Assembly: GCA_037380845.1 (NCBI GenBank)
Contig: JARRRI010000035.1
Coordinates: 1-64,000 of the forward strand
Direction: 5' to 3'
Length of the DNA: 64,000 nt
From: Candidatus Sulfobium sp.
GTDB lineage: Bacteria > Nitrospirota > Thermodesulfovibrionia > Thermodesulfovibrionales > UBA6898
The position numbers and the translations under genes were made by a program. Numbering within the stretch: position 1 is the stretch's first letter; every line of letters begins with the position of its first letter. The notes below the pieces were generated by a model. The model ran no database searches, had not been told where the DNA came from, and was given only the letters and a program-made list of their open reading frames with translations. Shown here piece by piece: positions 49,251 through 58,959 of this stretch.

Positions 49251-49421
49251 ATGACCGATCATGAGCATGCCGTCAAGAGATTCCTTTCCATACTGATGGA
49301 ATCGCCTCTGTACATGACCCTCTCGTTGCAGGAAAGGCAGTCCCTTCTGGAGAGGCTGACGAGGAGTTACCCTTCTTTCGACGAAGAGGATGACGCGGGT
49401 CAGAAAGACAACAGAGGCTGA
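49251..49421 (+). CDS. Unannotated 56-aa protein
   Basis: MTDHEHAVKRFLSILMESPLYMTLSLQERQSLLERLTRSYPSFDEEDDAGQKDNRG; purine-rich upstream sequence. Confidence 0.5.
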   Translation: MTDHEHAVKRFLSILMESPLYMTLSLQERQSLLERLTRSYPSFDEEDDAGQKDNRG

Positions 49422-49495
49422 TTGCTGATCCGAAAAAACGGCTGACAACACGTGCCACCGGATCGCCTTCCGTCGACGGAGAGGTAAAGGCACCT

Positions 49496-50926
49496 TTGCA
49501 TTCCGCGGGTAATAAGCGCGCCGACAACATATTGCTTACATCCAAAAAGATATGTCATTTACTCTTAATGGCCCTGTTTGTCCTTCCGGGCTGTGCCGCC
49601 TACCACCCCAAACCCCTTGACGAACAGGCAGTTTCGGAGCGGCTGAAGTCTCCGGTTACGGAAACCATCCGCATAGAAGCCCTGGAGATAAAACATCCCA
49701 TCCTGAAACCGCAGACTATAGATTTCAAAAAGGGCATATCCGCCGCAGATGCCGCAATTATAGCGGTCATAGCCAACCCTTCCCTGCGGACTGAAAGAGA
49801 CCGCAGAGGAATAGCCGGGGCCCAGCTTCTGCAGGCAGGCATCCTGCCCAATCCGGCCTTTACCTATAGTATGGATTTTCCGACCGGCGGGGCAACCCGG
49901 GGGACGGTCAATGGATACGGTCTCACCCTGGATTGGACGATCAACTCTCTTTTCACCAGGGGAGCCAGAGTTGACTCGGCGCGTGCAGCCGCGACCTCGG
50001 TTGATCTTGAGGTGGCCTGGAAGGAATGGCAGGTGGCGGAATCCGCCAAGCTCCATGTATACAGGCTGGCCTTTCTGGAAAAACAGCTCTCGGTAGCAGA
50101 CGATGAAGTGACAAGGCTCCAACAGAACCTGAAAGCAATAAAGAAGGCGGTCTCCCTGGGAGATATGACAGCTCTGGATCAGGAGGCTGCCGGTGCTGCA
50201 TTCAGGAGCGCCAGAACCTCATTCCTAGACATTGCCAGGCAACTGGAGCAGGAAAGGCTCGCAGTCAACAGGATACTGGGATTTCCGCCAAAATACAACA
50301 TTCTACTTAAGAAAGACATGTCACTGCCCGCCCCGGAAAAACTCCCTCCTCTGAAGGTAATTCTCAAAGGCCTTGAAGAGAGGCGGCTCGACCTGCTGGC
50401 CCTGAGAATGGGGTATCAAAGCCAGGAAGCACGGTTGAGAGCCGCCGTTCTAGGCCAGTTTCCGGCAATAGATATAGGTCCGACACATCTGAGAGATACG
50501 GGTGACGTTGTCACCACCGGCTTTACGGCGTCCATAAGTCTTCCCTTCTTCGACCTCAATCAGGGACACATCGCTATAGAAAAGGCCACGCGCCAGAGAC
50601 TCTTCGATGAGTATATGGACCGGGTTTTCCAGGCAAGATCAGGAGCGGCAAGAATCCTTGCAGATATGCGGGACCTGGAAAAGCAGATCGATGCCGCTCA
50701 GGATACCGTCAAATTATTGAAAAAACTGGTCGACTCCTCCTACAACGGTTTTCTGGAGGGAAACATAGACGCCCTCACCTACTACAACGAGCTGAACCGG
50801 CTTTTTACAAAGAAGCTGGATCTTTTGAAGCTCCAGCAGAATCTGGCCGATTCCGTGGTCGCACTTGAGATCACTTCAGGGGAGCATCTGGGACAAATGG
50901 AAAAAAAGGGGGCAGCGACAAAATGA
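49496..50926 (+). CDS. TolC-family outer-membrane efflux lipoprotein (start uncertain)
   Basis: Lipobox VLPGC, NP.L, AG.LPNP, coiled helices. Confidence 0.88.
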   Translation: MHSAGNKRADNILLTSKKICHLLLMALFVLPGCAAYHPKPLDEQAVSERLKSPVTETIRIEALEIKHPILKPQTIDFKKGISAADAAIIAVIANPSLRTERDRRGIAGAQLLQAGILPNPAFTYSMDFPTGGATRGTVNGYGLTLDWTINSLFTRGARVDSARAAATSVDLEVAWKEWQVAESAKLHVYRLAFLEKQLSVADDEVTRLQQNLKAIKKAVSLGDMTALDQEAAGAAFRSARTSFLDIARQLEQERLAVNRILGFPPKYNILLKKDMSLPAPEKLPPLKVILKGLEERRLDLLALRMGYQSQEARLRAAVLGQFPAIDIGPTHLRDTGDVVTTGFTASISLPFFDLNQGHIAIEKATRQRLFDEYMDRVFQARSGAARILADMRDLEKQIDAAQDTVKLLKKLVDSSYNGFLEGNIDALTYYNELNRLFTKKLDLLKLQQNLADSVVALEITSGEHLGQMEKKGAATK

Positions 50927-52008
50927 AACCCGCATCGCGAAAGGTAATCATAGGTATTGTCATCGTCTGTGTACTGGCCGCAGGCTACTGGTTTTACAGT
51001 CAGAGCAGAGGATCGAAGGCCAAAGTCTCCGGCCCGAACACTTCGGGGCCGGTAGCGACCGTGAAGGTCATCGAGCTCGGAAGAGAAACTATCAGCGCAG
51101 GCATCAGTGCATATGGCGAAGTCGTCCCGGCGCCCGGTGCGATCCGTGTGGTTTCCGTGCCCTACGAGAGCCAGGTCAGGCACGTCATGGTCAGCAGCGC
51201 CCAGAAGATCTCGAAGGGAGAAAGAATCATTGAAATAGGACTGAGCCCCGACACGAGCCTCCGGCTTGATGAGGCCCAAAACGACTACGAAGTTTCACGG
51301 GAAGGCCTCAAACATATGAAAGAGCTCTTTGAACTCAAACTGGCTACCAATAATCAACTCCTCCAGGCCAGGCAGAAGTTCGAGCAGGCCGACCTCCGCC
51401 TGAAGAGCCTCAAACAGAGGGGGGTCAAAGGCAACAGGGTCATCAGCGCCGGCGTCACGGGCCTGGTGCATAAGGTGTATGTGCAGGACGGGACTATCGT
51501 TCCGGCAGGAAATCCCCTGCTCGAAATAGTCGCTCAGGACCGCCTTGAAGTACGCCTGGGTGTCGAGTCCGGTGACGCCGCCCGTCTCTCTTCCGGCCGG
51601 CAGGTCTCTCTCTACTCTGTAAACAAGCCGGCGAAAAAAGCGGTTACAGGCAGTATAAGGAAGATCTCGCAGGCCGTAAACCCGTCGACGAGGCTGGTGG
51701 ATGTTTTCGTGTCACTGCCCGGGCCCGGCGGCTTTCTGCTTGGGGAATACGTCGTGGGCAGGATTCAAATGGCTTCCTCGTACGGCATGGTCGTTCCCCG
51801 CAGTGCGGTGCTTCCCGAAAAAGGTAAACATGTCCTGTACACGGTCCGCAACAGGCACGCAGTCAGGCACGTGGTAAAGGTCGGCATCGAAAGCGGGAAC
51901 CGGGTCGAAGTCTCAGGTGGAGGCCTTAAGCCCGGCGATAGTGCCGTAATTCTCGGCAATTACGAATTGAAGGACGGCATGGCGGTTAAGATGGAGAAGG
52001 CCCAATGA
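50923..52008 (+). CDS. RND periplasmic adaptor (MFP)
   Basis: N-terminal TM, lipoyl-like G..V..G.PL, VP.SAV, GL.PGD. Confidence 0.9.
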   Translation: MKPASRKVIIGIVIVCVLAAGYWFYSQSRGSKAKVSGPNTSGPVATVKVIELGRETISAGISAYGEVVPAPGAIRVVSVPYESQVRHVMVSSAQKISKGERIIEIGLSPDTSLRLDEAQNDYEVSREGLKHMKELFELKLATNNQLLQARQKFEQADLRLKSLKQRGVKGNRVISAGVTGLVHKVYVQDGTIVPAGNPLLEIVAQDRLEVRLGVESGDAARLSSGRQVSLYSVNKPAKKAVTGSIRKISQAVNPSTRLVDVFVSLPGPGGFLLGEYVVGRIQMASSYGMVVPRSAVLPEKGKHVLYTVRNRHAVRHVVKVGIESGNRVEVSGGGLKPGDSAVILGNYELKDGMAVKMEKAQ

Positions 52009-54983
52009 ACTTTACCGGGTGGGTCCAGTATCACCGCCGCTCAATACTTTTCCTTCTGGCGGTGCTCATGATCGGGGGGCTCGCAAGCAGCGTAAAGCTT
52101 CCGGTTTCCCTTCTGCCTAACGTGAGCTTTCCAAGGGTGAGGGTCGACCTGGATGCGGGAGATCGTCCGGCCAGCCGGATGGCCATAGAGGTTACCTGGC
52201 CTGTGGAACAGGCCGCAAGGGCGGTCCCCGGTGTTGTAAGCGTACATTCGACCACCAGCCGGGGAAGCGGCGAGGTGATAGTCGACTTTGGCTGGGGCAG
52301 GGACATGGCCGCGCCGCTTCTGCAAGTGGAATCGGCAATAAATCAGATAATGCCTTCGCTGCCCGGCGGTACCACCTTTTCGGTAATACGGATGGACCCC
52401 ACTATTGACCCGGTGATGGCTTACAGCCTGACCTCCGAGACCCGCTCGCTTACGGAACTTCACGATTTTGCCTTCTATCAGCTCCGTCCGCTGCTGTCCA
52501 CGGCGAGCGGAGTGAAAAAGGTGGGGGTACAGGGCGGGCAGGTAGAGGAATATCGGGTTACCGTCGATCCCGCTAAACTGGCCTCTTACGGCCTTTCATT
52601 GTCCGACGTGGCCGGCAAACTATCCGCTGCAAACGTCATAACCGCCGTCGGCCGTCTCCAGGACCATTACAAGCTCTATCTCGTAATGTCCGATACAAGG
52701 TTTACGGGACTTGACCAGATCAGAAACACCGTCCTTCGCTCCGGGGCGAACGGACCGGTACTTCTGGATGACGTTGCATCCGTCACACGTAGCACCGTGC
52801 CGCAATGGACCCGGGTGACCGCTGACGGACATGATGCTGTGCTCCTGAATATCTATCAGCAGCGGGGTGGGAACACCGTCCGGATAGCCGCTGATGTGAA
52901 GGCGAAACTGGCGTCCTTCAAAGATCAGATACCTCCGGGGATCAGGATCGCCAATTGGTACGACCAGAGCCGGCTCATAACGGCATCCGTCGGAAGCGTC
53001 CGTGACGCCATACTGATAGGAGTGGCGCTTGCGGCCATCATGCTTTTTGTCTTTCTCAGGAACATAAAGATAACGCTCATAGCCATCATCACCGTTCCCG
53101 GAGTGCTGGCAGCCTCCGTACTGCTGCTCTATGTGCTGCACCAGAGCTTCAACATGATGACCTTGGGCGGCATGGCTGCGGCCGTGGGACTTATCATCGA
53201 TGACACGATAGTCATGGTTGAGCATATCGTCAGGCGGCTCAGAGGCGGCAGCCCCGGCGGTCATCACAAAAAAATCATGCAGGCTGCTCGCGAGTTTACC
53301 CCCCCGCTTATGGGGTCATCCGCCTCGACCATAGTCATCTTCACTCCTCTTGCCTTCCTCTCTGGCGTGACAGGAGCTTTTTTCAAGGCCCTTTCCCTTA
53401 CCATGGCCGCCAGTCTTCTGGTCTCCTATTTTGTGGCCTGGCTTGCCGTGCCCCTGCTGGCAGACCACCTGCTCAAGCAGGAAGACGCCGAACAGAAAGA
53501 AGGCGGTTTCATAACAGATATGATTCACAAGGGCTATGAAAATGTCATGGGCCGCCTGCTGGGCCGTCCGGTATTACTGTTACTGCCACTGGCGGCTCTT
53601 TTTGCTGCCGGATGGATGAGCTACAGGCACCTGGGCACCGGCTTCATCCCCAAAATGGACGAAGGGGGATTCGTCCTTGATTACCGGGCAAAACCGGGGA
53701 CATCATTGACCGAGACCGACCGACTTTTACGGGAGGTGGGGGCAATCCTTCGCAAAACGCCCGCAATGGACACATATTCCAGGCGCACGGGCCTCCAGCG
53801 CAAGCCGATAGATGAGGTGATGGACGATGTCCGGCAGCGGGTGGAGCATTCGATACCAGGCTTGCATATAGACCTGCACCAGCTCATAGAAGACATGATA
53901 GGGGATTTTACCGGCGTCCCTCAACCGATTGATATAAAGATATTTTCAGACAAGGGCAAGGTCCTTGGGGAGCTCGGCCCGAAAATAGCCGGCCTGATAA
54001 GCAGGATCCCGGGGGTGGTCGGAGTAAACGACGGGATAATACTGGCCGGTGACGCGCTTGATATAAAAGTGAACCGCGTCAAAGCAGCGCTGGAGGGAGT
54101 GGACCCGGGCTCAGTCACCTCGGACCTTAATGCCCTCATGAGCGGCCTTGTGACGACGAAGGTGGAACAGGGGCCGAAGATGGTGGGGGTCAGGGTGTGG
54201 GTGCCGAAGGATTTCAGGTCAACTGAAAGAGACCTCGCCAGTCTGCAACTGCGCGCACCTGACGGCCATCTCTTTCCACTTGGAAGGATAGCCACCGTAA
54301 CAGCCATCACCGGCCAGCCTGAGATAAGCCGTGACAACTTAAAAAGAATGATCAACGTCACCGGCAGAATAAGCGGCAGGGACATGGGTTCGGTGATGCG
54401 GGATGTAAAAGGGGTCCTTGACCGCCCGGGGCTGCTCCCAAAAGGGGTATATTACAGCCTTGGCGGTCTTTATAAGCAGCAGCAGATAGCCTTTGCAGGA
54501 CTCATGGCCGTGTTTGCCGCAGCCGTTGCGCTTGTCTTCCTTTTGCTGCTCTACCTTTATGAAAGTTTCCGCGTAGCCGCTTCAATTCTGATAACAACTC
54601 TTTTAGCAGTCATGGGGGTATTCATCGGTCTGTTTGTTACCAGGGTGGAGCTGAACATTTCCGCCATGATGGGAATGACGATGATCATCGGGATTGCAAC
54701 AGAAGTGGCGATTTTTTATGTTTCTGAATACTACGACATCGACGAAAGACCTGACAGGAAGGAAACACTCCTTCTGGCAGGGAAAAACAGGATGAGACCC
54801 ATCGCCATGACGACCTTTGCCGCCATACTGGCCCTGCTGCCCCTGGCCCTCGGAATAGGCCAGGGCTCCGCCATGCTGAAGCCGCTTGCAATTGCGATAA
54901 TCTCAGGGCTTGTAATCCAGTTTCCGGTTGTACTGATATTCCTGCCTGTTCTTTTTCACATTCTGCGGGTACGGAAGAGATGA
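52005..54983 (+). CDS. RND efflux permease (AcrB/CusA family)
   Basis: GLIIDD.IV.VE, R.RPI.MTT, PLAIAIISGL. Confidence 0.92.
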   Translation: MNFTGWVQYHRRSILFLLAVLMIGGLASSVKLPVSLLPNVSFPRVRVDLDAGDRPASRMAIEVTWPVEQAARAVPGVVSVHSTTSRGSGEVIVDFGWGRDMAAPLLQVESAINQIMPSLPGGTTFSVIRMDPTIDPVMAYSLTSETRSLTELHDFAFYQLRPLLSTASGVKKVGVQGGQVEEYRVTVDPAKLASYGLSLSDVAGKLSAANVITAVGRLQDHYKLYLVMSDTRFTGLDQIRNTVLRSGANGPVLLDDVASVTRSTVPQWTRVTADGHDAVLLNIYQQRGGNTVRIAADVKAKLASFKDQIPPGIRIANWYDQSRLITASVGSVRDAILIGVALAAIMLFVFLRNIKITLIAIITVPGVLAASVLLLYVLHQSFNMMTLGGMAAAVGLIIDDTIVMVEHIVRRLRGGSPGGHHKKIMQAAREFTPPLMGSSASTIVIFTPLAFLSGVTGAFFKALSLTMAASLLVSYFVAWLAVPLLADHLLKQEDAEQKEGGFITDMIHKGYENVMGRLLGRPVLLLLPLAALFAAGWMSYRHLGTGFIPKMDEGGFVLDYRAKPGTSLTETDRLLREVGAILRKTPAMDTYSRRTGLQRKPIDEVMDDVRQRVEHSIPGLHIDLHQLIEDMIGDFTGVPQPIDIKIFSDKGKVLGELGPKIAGLISRIPGVVGVNDGIILAGDALDIKVNRVKAALEGVDPGSVTSDLNALMSGLVTTKVEQGPKMVGVRVWVPKDFRSTERDLASLQLRAPDGHLFPLGRIATVTAITGQPEISRDNLKRMINVTGRISGRDMGSVMRDVKGVLDRPGLLPKGVYYSLGGLYKQQQIAFAGLMAVFAAAVALVFLLLLYLYESFRVAASILITTLLAVMGVFIGLFVTRVELNISAMMGMTMIIGIATEVAIFYVSEYYDIDERPDRKETLLLAGKNRMRPIAMTTFAAILALLPLALGIGQGSAMLKPLAIAIISGLVIQFPVVLIFLPVLFHILRVRKR

Positions 54984-54992
54984 ATCAGCGGA

Positions 54993-56927
54993 TTACAATT
55001 CCTTAATCTGCCTCAGCAGGGAACGGTATTCTCTACTCTCATCCGTGCTCATTTCTTTCAGACCGAATCTATGCTTTTCATAAATGTCGAGAAATCTTTC
55101 CACCTGCCGCGGTGCCTTCAGCCGCCGGACCTGTTCCCTTATCTCGCCCGCAGTGGTGGCCTGCGATATCCTGAACCCTTTCTTACCCAGCACCCGTCTG
55201 GCCGAGAGAAATTTCGCCGAAACAAAGCCGCACCTTTTGCGTCTTTGACGGAAGGCCAAAAAACAGACCATGAGTCCAAGCATTGCCAAAAGTGGTATGA
55301 AATAAAGGGCCGGCCGGAAACTTACCGGTCCCAGGGAACCTGCTGAGGGAAACCTGAAAGGGACCGAGACAGTACGTATCAGTCTTCTCTGATCTGCGAA
55401 ACTGAAGCCGATCACGTATCTTGCCCACGTCATTCTCAGAGAATCGAGCAGGAGTGAGATCGTAGAGGGTTGCAGCGACGGGACCTGCGGAGTCGGATCA
55501 AACCGCGTCCACATGCCGTTGATCAGCGCCTCCACCCAGGAATGCGCATCGCTCTGACGGACTATGATGTATCCGCCGTATTCGTTTCTCTCGCCGCCGT
55601 AAAAGCCGTTTACAATGCGGGCGGGTATTCCCAGGCTCCGAAGCATCAGCACCATCGAGGTGGCGTAATGTTCGCAATAGCCTTCCTTTGAGCGGAAGAG
55701 AAAATTCTCGATCGGGCTCATTCCGGCAGGAGGCTTTCGCGTCGAGAGCGAGTAGCTGTAATTCCGCTTCAGGTAGTCCTCGATAGACGAGGCCTTTTCA
55801 CGGTCTGTCTTCGCCCCGGAAGAAATCCGCCGGGCAAGAGCAGCCACTTTCCCCATTCCCGGTGGAAGCTGCAGATATGCCTTATCAAAGTTTCCGGGAT
55901 AGCTCCGCGTCACGGCGCTGGAAACCCTATATTCGGCCCCCCTCGAAGATTTTCTGGAGAAGAATATGTCGCCGGAGTCGTCAGCGCTCACCCGGAAAGA
56001 ATCCCCCCGTACAGTCCTGACCCGCGACAGACCGAATATGACGTGTGAATCTACCGGCTCCAGAAATATCTTCTGCTCCACTTCGGGCCCGCGGCTGTAC
56101 CGGGAAATGACATATTCGCCATCCTTCCCCGGGATTCTCCGCCTGGTGGCAGCAGACTTCCTCCATTTCGTCCCGTCGAAGTAATCGAGAGTCAGCCCCC
56201 TCCAGTAATACCGCGCCTGCGAATTGCCATCCACCTCCACTCTCATGACGACCGTGAAATCCCGTTTCACATCCCCGAAGGACCCGAAGTCGACGGTATC
56301 GGAAAAGCCTGTTGTCTTTATTTCACCCCTCTCATGTCCCCTTCCCATGAACCTGTAGGGGGTCCGGGGTACCGCCACAAAGAAAATAAAAGTGCACGTT
56401 ACGATCAGCAACGAGATCACAAAGACAGGCTTCCTGAGGTCCGGTCTTGCGCGGTAATCCTCCTTCAGGAAGTGTGACAACACCATCGCAGTCACAAAAA
56501 GGACCATGAATATTATGAAGACCGCTCCGAAAAGCAGGGAATGCGTCAATTCAGAGGCGATGATCAACTGGAGCAGTGATACGAAGTATACCTGCAGATG
56601 GTCCCACGGTTCCTTGAGGTCGAAACTCTTTATGGCCTGAAAGGCGATTGTCAGATGTGCGACGGAAATGAAGACGTCGCCCGTTACCGCAGATTCAAAG
56701 ACAAACACCGTCAGTGTCAGGACCGAGAACATTCCGACCGCCCATCCGGGCATCGGAGGCCTGTTCTTCAAAAGGCGAAAATAGCCGGGGAAAAGAGCGA
56801 TACCACTGACAGACATCAGCAGACTGACTTCGCCCGTCATGAGCAGGCTGAAGCATCCGGTCAATGCGAGTATTGCAGTAACGAGGTTATAAAGAATCGG
56901 CATACACTGTCGGCCCGGGAGGAGCAA
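54993..56927 (-). CDS. DUF3488/transglutaminase membrane protein (TgpA-like)
   Basis: GYCEHYA, HSWVE, W.RFDPT; N-terminal TM bundle. Confidence 0.88.
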   Translation of the reverse strand: MLLPGRQCMPILYNLVTAILALTGCFSLLMTGEVSLLMSVSGIALFPGYFRLLKNRPPMPGWAVGMFSVLTLTVFVFESAVTGDVFISVAHLTIAFQAIKSFDLKEPWDHLQVYFVSLLQLIIASELTHSLLFGAVFIIFMVLFVTAMVLSHFLKEDYRARPDLRKPVFVISLLIVTCTFIFFVAVPRTPYRFMGRGHERGEIKTTGFSDTVDFGSFGDVKRDFTVVMRVEVDGNSQARYYWRGLTLDYFDGTKWRKSAATRRRIPGKDGEYVISRYSRGPEVEQKIFLEPVDSHVIFGLSRVRTVRGDSFRVSADDSGDIFFSRKSSRGAEYRVSSAVTRSYPGNFDKAYLQLPPGMGKVAALARRISSGAKTDREKASSIEDYLKRNYSYSLSTRKPPAGMSPIENFLFRSKEGYCEHYATSMVLMLRSLGIPARIVNGFYGGERNEYGGYIIVRQSDAHSWVEALINGMWTRFDPTPQVPSLQPSTISLLLDSLRMTWARYVIGFSFADQRRLIRTVSVPFRFPSAGSLGPVSFRPALYFIPLLAMLGLMVCFLAFRQRRKRCGFVSAKFLSARRVLGKKGFRISQATTAGEIREQVRRLKAPRQVERFLDIYEKHRFGLKEMSTDESREYRSLLRQIKEL

Positions 56928-57942
56928 AAGGCAGGTTTGAAGAAGTTAATCGCGACCTGACAACAGAGACACAAAGATCGTCACCGTCGGGCCGGGGACT
57001 GTCCCAGGAGGGTTCCTCCCCGATCACCGCGAGTATATCGAGGATTCTGAGGAAATGGTCCCTCCCTGTCCCGAAAGGTATCACCTTCCGGCATGACATA
57101 AGCCTCACCAGATAGCCCCTGTCGAGCAGATCTCCGGCCAGAGACCCCGCTATGGAAACCGCTTTTTCGAATATACCCGACGAATGTCTTTCACCCCGGC
57201 CCCTGATAACGCGACGACTTTCATCGCCGGGCACACTCAGGTTATCGATTACAACAGTGGCCTTTCTGTATTCACCTTCCGCATATTCTTTCACCATCAG
57301 AGCACCTGTCTTTGCCGTGGCCTTCCAGTGTATCCTTCTGCGGTCGTCCCCATGCCGGTATTCACGCACGGAGTAAATCTCATCCCCGGAGGAACTCCGT
57401 ATGCGGGCCCCCTCGCCCGGATTCCGGGAGGACCCCGCAATCATGTCGTCCGTCTTTACAAGCGCGGGATAAACGAGTATCTCACCCGACACCCCGGCCG
57501 CCCTCCTGCTGTTCAACAGTATGAAGGGAAAACCGCTCTCGATAAAGAAATCCCTGTGTCCATACAGACCCCTCCTCTCAAACCGGAGCGGTATTGCCTT
57601 TTCGGCGGCGCCTCCCGCAGATATCAGCCCGAAGTAAACAGGAGAGACCGCTCCATCGGCCGCAACACGCAGGGAGTAGGAAGGGACAAAGCGCTTATTA
57701 TTTCTGGTTAAAACGGCGGCGTAAGCAGGCTCACCGGCAAAAACCGGTCCCTCGAAAGAGACCTCAAGAGCAAGACCCGATACGTTTACCTTCAACAGGA
57801 CGACCGCCAGCACGGCGACGGAAAACATGAGGGCGAAGATGAGATAGATGAGATTGTTCCCGGTATTGACGGCGGCGACTGCGATAAGCAAGGCAAGGAG
57901 GACAAACCTTCTGCCTTCCCTTGTCGTCTTCATGCCGATCAC
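56887..57942 (-). CDS. DUF58 domain protein
   Basis: REY..GDD.R.IHWKATAK...VKE. Confidence 0.88.
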   Translation of the reverse strand: MIGMKTTREGRRFVLLALLIAVAAVNTGNNLIYLIFALMFSVAVLAVVLLKVNVSGLALEVSFEGPVFAGEPAYAAVLTRNNKRFVPSYSLRVAADGAVSPVYFGLISAGGAAEKAIPLRFERRGLYGHRDFFIESGFPFILLNSRRAAGVSGEILVYPALVKTDDMIAGSSRNPGEGARIRSSSGDEIYSVREYRHGDDRRRIHWKATAKTGALMVKEYAEGEYRKATVVIDNLSVPGDESRRVIRGRGERHSSGIFEKAVSIAGSLAGDLLDRGYLVRLMSCRKVIPFGTGRDHFLRILDILAVIGEEPSWDSPRPDGDDLCVSVVRSRLTSSNLPFAPPGPTVYADSL

Positions 57943-58862
57943 ACCGGGACCGGGATCCTTTCCAGTATTTCACTTATGATCTGCTCGGCATCGGAGATGA
58001 AATTCTTCGTCTTCAATATCAGCCGGTGGCCAAGCACAAGGGGGGCCAGTTCCTTTATGTCGTCGGGCAGTGCGTAATCCCTGCCCTCGTAAAAGGCATG
58101 CGCCTTTATCGCCTGCAGGAAGAACTGCGCGCCCCGGGTACTCACACCGAGACGTATCTTTTCATGTTTCCGCGTGCCGGCGATAATACTCATCATATAG
58201 TCGACCAGACTCTCCTCGACCTTCACACGTCCGGCCTCGTCCTGCATCGACACTATCTCCCGTCTTGAAATTACCGGTTCCATAACTTCGAGGAGCTGGA
58301 AACTCGGCCGGTCGAGAACCGCCTGTTTTTCGTAATCAGGGGAGGGATATCCGAGTTTGATATGCATCATGAAGCGGTCCAGCTGACTCTCCGGCAGCGG
58401 AAAAGTACCGTGGTATTCCATGGGGTTCTGGGTCGCAATAACCATAAAGGGGGCCGGAAGTCCATAGGTTTTTCGCTCCACGGTCACCTTTTTTTCATTC
58501 ATCGCCTCGAGCAATGCCGACTGGGTCTTGGGATTCGTCCTGTTTATCTCGTCGGCAAGCACGATATTCGAGAAAACCGGACCCGGCTTGAATTCGAACT
58601 CGCGCTTCTCCTGGTTGAAGATGCTGATTCCCAGGATGTCGGTAGGCAGGAGGTCGCTTGTAAACTGTATCCTCTGGAAAGAGCAGTCCGTGGCCCTTGC
58701 CAGGGCAAAGGCCAGGGTCGTTTTTCCCACCCCCGGCACGTCCTCGATAAGAAGGTTACCCCTGCCGATGAGAGTCACAATCGCCATCTTGACGGCGGCG
58801 CTCTTCCCCTTGATAACGGAATCCATCCTCGACTGCAGGTGCTTCACAGGCTCATCCAACAT
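57939..58862 (-). CDS. moxR: MoxR-family AAA+ ATPase
   Basis: DVPGVGKT, RIQFT.DLLP.D, DEINR..PKTQSALLEAM, LPE.QLDRF. Confidence 0.93.
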   Translation of the reverse strand: MLDEPVKHLQSRMDSVIKGKSAAVKMAIVTLIGRGNLLIEDVPGVGKTTLAFALARATDCSFQRIQFTSDLLPTDILGISIFNQEKREFEFKPGPVFSNIVLADEINRTNPKTQSALLEAMNEKKVTVERKTYGLPAPFMVIATQNPMEYHGTFPLPESQLDRFMMHIKLGYPSPDYEKQAVLDRPSFQLLEVMEPVISRREIVSMQDEAGRVKVEESLVDYMMSIIAGTRKHEKIRLGVSTRGAQFFLQAIKAHAFYEGRDYALPDDIKELAPLVLGHRLILKTKNFISDAEQIISEILERIPVPV

Positions 58863-58959
58863 TCCGGGTCCTCTGGTCCATCTCACAATAATACTATATA
58901 TGATAAGATATCACATCTCCCCTCTTTTAACAGGAGGGTTATATTGGAGGCGCATCGGG

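Noticed and set aside
58528..58959. N-terminal extension of ArgH in the ORF track
   Set aside because: Overlaps moxR antisense; RBS and homology start at 58960.
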